Shown piece by piece: positions 58,958-64,000 of a DNA stretch of 64,000 nucleotides. The position numbers and the translations under genes were made by a program. Source of the DNA: an uncultured Thermoplasmata archaeon (GTDB lineage: Archaea > Thermoplasmatota > Thermoplasmata > RBG-16-68-12); the NCBI GenBank assembly GCA_963768855.1, contig CAVYJM010000006.1, positions 1,024,001 through 1,088,000 of the forward strand. The letters are read 5' to 3'. The notes beneath the pieces were generated by a model. That model saw only the letters and a program-made list of their open reading frames with translations. It did no database searches and had not been told where the DNA came from. Position 1 is the stretch's first letter. Each line of letters begins with the position of its first letter.

Positions 58958-59980
58958 ATGGTCCGGACCTACGCGGAAGCGGGCGTGAGCCAGGACGAGA
59001 AGGCAGCCCACATCGCGGCGCTCGTGTCTGGCCTCACCTACCGGCGGCGGGGCGTCGGGCGACCTCTCACGAAGATCGGCCACTTCACCGGACTCGTCGA
59101 GTTCGGCAGGTATGCGCTCTCCCTGTGCACCGACGGCGTGGGCACGAAGCTCATCGTCGCCAACGAAATGCGGAAGTGGGACACGGTCGGCATCGACTGC
59201 GTCGCGATGAACGTCAACGACATGATCTGTATCGGGGCGGAGCCGATTGCCTTCGTGGACTACTTCGCGATCGAGTCGTACGACCACGGAGTGGCCCGTC
59301 AGATCGGGATCGGGCTGAACCGCGGAGCCCGGATGGCCAACGTGTCGATTATCGGGGGCGAGGTCGCGGTCCTCCCCGAGATCGTGAAAGGCTTCGATCT
59401 GGCCGGCACGTGCTTCGGGGTCGTGGATCGCAAGAACGTCATCGACGGCCGTGCGATTCGCCCCGGGGATGTGATCATCGGCCTGCCGAGCCACGGCATC
59501 CACTCGAACGGCCTCACCTTCGCGCGCCGCCTCCTGCGGGACGCGGCGCTCACCGTGTTCGATCCGGTGGGCGCGTCGAACCAGCGCTGGGGACCCGCCC
59601 TCCTCGAGCCGACCGCGATTTACGTGAAGCCGGTCCTGAACGCGCTCCAGAAGGCTCGGATTCACGGCATGGCGCACATCACTGGCGGCGGCGTCCGTAA
59701 CATCGTCCGCCTCAAGCCGACCGTGGAGTTCTCGATCACGGATCCCCTCGAGCCCCACACGCTGTTTCGCGAGTTGCAGGCGTTAGGCGGAATCCAAGAC
59801 GACGAGATGTACCAGACGTTCAACATGGGCATGGGGTACGTGATCGTCGCCCCGGAGACGGAGGCGAAGGCGGTCGTCCAGGCCCTGCGGCCCTCGGTCC
59901 GAGCGCGGATCGTCGGCGAGGTGCGAAAGGGTCGCGGCGTGAGCGTGCCGTCCCTCGGACTCCACTGGGATTCGTACTGA
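58958..59980 (+). CDS. purM: phosphoribosylformylglycinamidine cyclo-ligase
   Basis: TYAEAGV, TDGVGTKL, VAMNVND, GGEVA, HSNG, AHITGGG, TFNMGMG. Confidence 0.97.
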   Translation: MVRTYAEAGVSQDEKAAHIAALVSGLTYRRRGVGRPLTKIGHFTGLVEFGRYALSLCTDGVGTKLIVANEMRKWDTVGIDCVAMNVNDMICIGAEPIAFVDYFAIESYDHGVARQIGIGLNRGARMANVSIIGGEVAVLPEIVKGFDLAGTCFGVVDRKNVIDGRAIRPGDVIIGLPSHGIHSNGLTFARRLLRDAALTVFDPVGASNQRWGPALLEPTAIYVKPVLNALQKARIHGMAHITGGGVRNIVRLKPTVEFSITDPLEPHTLFRELQALGGIQDDEMYQTFNMGMGYVIVAPETEAKAVVQALRPSVRARIVGEVRKGRGVSVPSLGLHWDSY

Positions 59981-60033
59981 CGCGTCGGCAATCCCTTATC
60001 CCTTCAGGACCTTCCCGCGCGCGAGGCCTCTCC

Positions 60034-61218
60034 ATGCCCGGTCTTCTGTTGGGAATCCGCGTCCTCGACGTCTCCCGCGTGCTGACAGGCCCGTACTGCT
60101 CCCTCATGCTCGCGGACCTCGGTGCCGAGGTCACCAAGATCGAGATCCCTGGAAAAGGGGACGACACCCGCGCATGGGGTCCGCCGTTCCTCGGCGGCGA
60201 AAGCGCGTACTTCCTGAGCGTGAACCGGAACAAGCGGAGCGTCACGCTGAACCTGAAGGATCCGGAAGGTCGGAAGATCCTGCTCGAGCTCGCGGCCCGG
60301 AGCGATGTGTTCCTGGAGAACTTCGCGCCCGGCGTCGCGGAACGCCTCGGCCTTGATTACGAAGCGGTGCGAGCCGCGAACCCCGCCATCGTGTACTGCT
60401 CCATCTCTGGCTTCGGTCAGGACGGCCCGTATCGCGACCACCCGGCGTACGATCTCATCCTCCAGGGGCTCGGCGGGCTCCAGGGCATCACTGGGGAAGC
60501 GGGCGGGCCGCCGGTTCGCATCGGCGTCGCGGTCGCGGACATCGCAGGAGGCATGTTCGCTGCGTACGCGATCGCGGCGGCCCTCGTCCAGCGCGCTCGC
60601 ACGGGCCAAGGAGAGCGCATCGACGTCTCCCTGTTCGATTCCCAGCTCGCCTGGCTCACGTACATGGCGGCCAACTACTTCGCGACCGGCCAGGATCCGG
60701 AGCGGGCCGGCTCCCGCCATCCGACGATCGTCCCCTATCAAGCCTTCGCCACCCGCGACGGATTCATCAACGTCGCGGTGGGGAACGACGACATCTTCCA
60801 CCGTCTGTGCGCGGCGGTCGGCCGTCCTGAGCTCGATCAGGACCCGCGGTTCGTCACGAACCCCGAGCGCGTCGAGAACCGCGGGGTGCTGGAACCGTTG
60901 CTCGAGTCGATCTTCCGCACCCGCACCACGGCGGAGTGGCAGGCTGCGCTGAACGAGCACTCCGTCCCCGCCGGGCCTGTCTACCGCATCAGCGACATCG
61001 TGCGCGATCCGCAGGTGCGGTCGAGGGGCATGGTCCTCGAGCTCTCGCACCGGAAGGCGGGAAGGATCCGGCAATTCGGTCCGCCCTTCCGCTCCTCGAA
61101 CGATCGCGGCGACCACACGCCGCCGCCGCTCCTGGGCGAGCACACGGACGAGGTGCTGTCCGCCCTTGGATACACGCCCGACCGGATCGCGGATCTCCGC
61201 CGCCGGTCCGTCGTGTGA
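60034..61218 (+). CDS. CoA transferase family III (CaiB/BaiF)
   Basis: RVLD.SRVLTGP, NRNKRS, ENFAPG, SISGFGQ.GP, VADIAGG catalytic Asp. Confidence 0.95.
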   Translation: MPGLLLGIRVLDVSRVLTGPYCSLMLADLGAEVTKIEIPGKGDDTRAWGPPFLGGESAYFLSVNRNKRSVTLNLKDPEGRKILLELAARSDVFLENFAPGVAERLGLDYEAVRAANPAIVYCSISGFGQDGPYRDHPAYDLILQGLGGLQGITGEAGGPPVRIGVAVADIAGGMFAAYAIAAALVQRARTGQGERIDVSLFDSQLAWLTYMAANYFATGQDPERAGSRHPTIVPYQAFATRDGFINVAVGNDDIFHRLCAAVGRPELDQDPRFVTNPERVENRGVLEPLLESIFRTRTTAEWQAALNEHSVPAGPVYRISDIVRDPQVRSRGMVLELSHRKAGRIRQFGPPFRSSNDRGDHTPPPLLGEHTDEVLSALGYTPDRIADLRRRSVV

Positions 61219-61277
61219 TCCGCACCGAGGGGCGCAGCTTTAAGCCCGGCCGGGCGTCCCGACTCCGCGAGTCCCCC

Positions 61278-61940
61278 ATGCTGCTCGGCATCCTGTTCGA
61301 CATCGACGGCACCCTGATGGACACGCTCGACGCGATCGTCGCCTCGATGAACGCGGCCCTCGAAGCCTTCAAGGTCAAGCCGCTCGTCAGGGAGGAAATC
61401 CGCCCGCTGATCGGGATGCCCGTTCAGCGGCAGATGGACCTGCTCCGCGGGATGCAGGGGCCCGTGGTCGACGAGATCACGGATCGCTACTACGAGCACT
61501 TCATGGAACACGTCGAGAGAGGTTTGCCCTTGTACCCCGAGGTCAAAGAGACCCTCCCCCGGCTCGCGGAGCGCCCGATCAGCACGATGACCACGCGGCG
61601 CCTGCACGGCGCCCGGCGGATGCTCGAGGTATCCGGGATCGCGCCGTACTTCAAGGCGATCGTGGGCGGCGACGAGGTGTCGCGGCCCAAGCCGTTCCCC
61701 GACTTGCCGCTGTTCTCCGCGAACGCCCTCGGGATCCCTTCGGAACAGTGCGTCGTGGTCGGCGATGCGCCCGTCGACATCTTGGCCGGACGATCGGCGC
61801 GCATGTGGACGGTCGCGGCCGCATACGGATACGGGAGCCCGTCCTCCCTTCGCGAGGCGAAGCCCCACGCGACGATCCAGCGGTTCTCCGAGTTGCCGTC
61901 CGTGATCGAGGACCTGGAAACCCGGGTTCAGGATCGCTGA
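61278..61940 (+). CDS. HAD-family hydrolase (phosphoglycolate phosphatase-like)
   Basis: FDIDGTL, KP.PD, VGD..VD..AG. Confidence 0.92.
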   Translation: MLLGILFDIDGTLMDTLDAIVASMNAALEAFKVKPLVREEIRPLIGMPVQRQMDLLRGMQGPVVDEITDRYYEHFMEHVERGLPLYPEVKETLPRLAERPISTMTTRRLHGARRMLEVSGIAPYFKAIVGGDEVSRPKPFPDLPLFSANALGIPSEQCVVVGDAPVDILAGRSARMWTVAAAYGYGSPSSLREAKPHATIQRFSELPSVIEDLETRVQDR

Positions 61941-61986
61941 GCGGTCCCTCGGAACGTTCTTACCCGCGTCGCCCGTTCTCGCCGCC

Positions 61987-62928
61987 ATGGCGGAGCCCGA
62001 GGTTTCCAGCAAGCTCATACCCCTCGCGGAAGCCGTGAAGAAGTTCATCCCGGACGGATGCCGCCTCCGGTCAGGCGGCATCGCGGTGCGCAAACCGTTC
62101 GCCGTCATCTACGAGATCATGCGACAGAGGAAGCGCGACCTCACCTTCCTGATGAGCGGCTGGACCGAGGATGCGGACTGGCTCATCGGCGCGGGCTGCG
62201 TTGACAGGCTCGAGGGCTCGTATCTCGGCCTCGAGGCCCTCGGACTGGCGTACTGCTACCGCCGCGCCGTCGAGAAGGGGATCCCGCGGAAGGTCCTGAT
62301 CGAGGAGTACAGCAACTTCGGGATGACGATGCGCTTCATGGCCGCGGGCATGGGCCTCCCGTTCATGCCGGTCAAGTCCCAGCTCGGTTCGGACCTCCTG
62401 ACCGTGGAATCGTTCCGGCATCCGAAAGCCCTGGTGGTCGAGGACCCGTTCGGGAGCGGCGAGAAAGTCGCCCTCCTGCCGGCCTGCCCCGCGGACGTGG
62501 CCCTGCTCCACGCCCAGCGGTGCGACGAGGACGGGAATGCCCAGGTCTGGGGCCAGATCGGGGACGATCTCTGGGGGACGTACGCCGGGAAGAAGATCCT
62601 CCTCACCGTCGAGGAGATCGTGCCCACGCGGGTCATCCGCCACGACCCGAACCGCACGATCGTCCCGGGGTTCCGCGTCGACGCGATCGTCCCGATCCCG
62701 TTCGGCGGCCACCCGTACCAGGTCCAGGGATACTACGACACGGACCGCGCGTTCCGCAAGGACTACGCGGCGCGAAGCACGACCCTCGAGGGCTGGCAAG
62801 GGTGGGCGGAGGAGTGGGTCTACGGCGTCGAGGGCCACGAGGCCTATCTGAAGAAGCTCGGCGAGGAACGCCTCGCGCACCTGCGGGCCAAGCCGGTCAT
62901 GAGCGGGAAGGTGAATTATGGCTACTGA
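61987..62928 (+). CDS. family I CoA transferase subunit A (glutaconate CoA-transferase-like)
   Basis: EYSNFGM, AAGMGLPF, HAQRCDEDGNA, TVEEIV. Confidence 0.88.
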   Translation: MAEPEVSSKLIPLAEAVKKFIPDGCRLRSGGIAVRKPFAVIYEIMRQRKRDLTFLMSGWTEDADWLIGAGCVDRLEGSYLGLEALGLAYCYRRAVEKGIPRKVLIEEYSNFGMTMRFMAAGMGLPFMPVKSQLGSDLLTVESFRHPKALVVEDPFGSGEKVALLPACPADVALLHAQRCDEDGNAQVWGQIGDDLWGTYAGKKILLTVEEIVPTRVIRHDPNRTIVPGFRVDAIVPIPFGGHPYQVQGYYDTDRAFRKDYAARSTTLEGWQGWAEEWVYGVEGHEAYLKKLGEERLAHLRAKPVMSGKVNYGY

Positions 62929-63715
62929 CGCGCCCGGGGCAGTTGCTCCCCCGGCGTACAAGCGGACCGAGCTCATGGCCATCTGCGCGGCGCGCGAGAT
63001 CCGCGACCGCGAGATCGCCTTCATCGGGACGGGGCTCCCGATGCTCGGGGGCATGCTGGCGAAGTACACGCATGCCCCGAACTGCATCATGATCTTCGAA
63101 TCCGGCGTGGTCGATGCGCGCCCGAAGCGGACGCCGCTGTCCATCGGCGACGCGTGCCTCGTCCCCGGGAGCGTGATGCTCTGCGGGCTCACAGAGGTCT
63201 TCGGCTTGATCATGCAGCCCGGCTACGTCGACGTGGGGTACATCGGCGGGGCCCAGATCGACCGATTCGGGAACCTGAACACGACGGTCATCGGCGACTA
63301 CCACTCGCCCAAGGTACGCCTCCCGGGCTCCGGCGGTGCGAACGACATCGGGTCCCTCGCGAAGCGCACGATCATCATGATGAAGCAGGACCGCCTGAAG
63401 TTCGTCGAGAAGCTCGATTACGTGACCACGCCCGGGTACATCGACGGTCCCGGCGGCCGGGAACGGGCGGGGCTACCGCGCGGAGGTCCATCCTGTGTGA
63501 TCTCCGACATGGGCGTCTACCGCTTCGACGCCGCGACGAAGGTGATGTACCTCGACTCGGTGCATCCGGGCCTCAGCGTGGACGAGATCCGGAGGAACGT
63601 GTCCTGGGATCTCGAGGTGGCCCCCACGGTCCGGAAGACGAAGCCGCCGACCAAGCGGGAGCTTCAAGTCCTTCGGACGAAGTGTGACCCCGAAGGCATC
63701 TTCCTCGGCGCGTGA
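62918..63715 (+). CDS. family I CoA transferase subunit B (glutaconate CoA-transferase-like)
   Basis: FIGTGLP, IFESG catalytic Glu, GAQIDRFGNLN, LPGSGGANDI. Confidence 0.88.
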   Translation: MATDAPGAVAPPAYKRTELMAICAAREIRDREIAFIGTGLPMLGGMLAKYTHAPNCIMIFESGVVDARPKRTPLSIGDACLVPGSVMLCGLTEVFGLIMQPGYVDVGYIGGAQIDRFGNLNTTVIGDYHSPKVRLPGSGGANDIGSLAKRTIIMMKQDRLKFVEKLDYVTTPGYIDGPGGRERAGLPRGGPSCVISDMGVYRFDAATKVMYLDSVHPGLSVDEIRRNVSWDLEVAPTVRKTKPPTKRELQVLRTKCDPEGIFLGA

Positions 63716-63721
63716 GATCTC

Positions 63722-64000
63722 ATGGCCCGATCGCCGTCCCGCAAGCGAAGCCGAAACGCTCCGAAAGAACCGTCCCCCCGAACGGAGCCCCGCGGCGCGC
63801 CCCGAACCCTGAGCGGCCTCCCCGTCGACCTGGTCGTGGGGCCGAAGGAGTCGGCGCGGTACCTAGACGACCTGGGATTACCGGGCGAGCCGCCGTACAC
63901 CCGCGGCATCCGTGCGACAATGTACCGGGGCCGGCTGTGGACGATGCGCGAGTACGCAGGCTTCGGGACCGCGGAGCAGGCGAACCGCCGGTTCCGGTAT
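63722..64000 (+). CDS. methylmalonyl-CoA mutase family, N-terminal fragment (runs off the window)
   Basis: Hand translation: [42 protein letters not shown]. Confidence 0.92.
   Translation, partial: MARSPSRKRSRNAPKEPSPRTEPRGAPRTLSGLPVDLVVGPKESARYLDDLGLPGEPPYTRGIRATMYRGRLWTMREYAGFGTAEQANRRFRY

Overview
Archaeal chromosomal window with high-GC core genes; gene set and protein style suggest Thermoplasmatota (inference). Left core (1-17.4 kb): aCPSF1, RPA/SSB-type OB proteins, thermosome, trxA, pyrBI, PRC-barrel, ParB-like, aTrm56, ABC exporter, ArsC, isoaspartyl peptidase and tRNA-Asn(GTT). A 28 kb integrative island (17452-45498) sits in the tRNA-Asn 3' end. It is bounded by an exact 22-bp direct repeat, has 24-bp inverted arm-like repeats just inside both ends, and carries a tyrosine integrase. 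Its cargo looks like an undescribed amide/N-heterocycle catabolic system: DUF917, SDR, three AstE/AspA deacylase paralogues, a prolidase-like amidohydrolase, a divergent SucC-ferredoxin-SucD-CitE operon, an aminotransferase, a BASS transporter, a Dpp/Opp ABC importer and a NicX-like enzyme. It also holds a deletion-collapsed second Dpp cluster and a frameshifted oxidoreductase. Beyond attR, a third partial att copy and a thrice-repeated promoter motif define a small cassette-like array of membrane-protein genes. Right core (47.5-64 kb): hutH with an SSG motif, a CAT-anticodon tRNA (probably Ile2) with a T-loop intron at 59/60, a ~1394-aa surface protein split by one frameshift, lhr, rlmE, purM, CoA transferases and the start of a methylmalonyl-CoA mutase gene. 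All calls are by eye from sequence and recalled motifs; no database searches were run, and several start codons are estimates.
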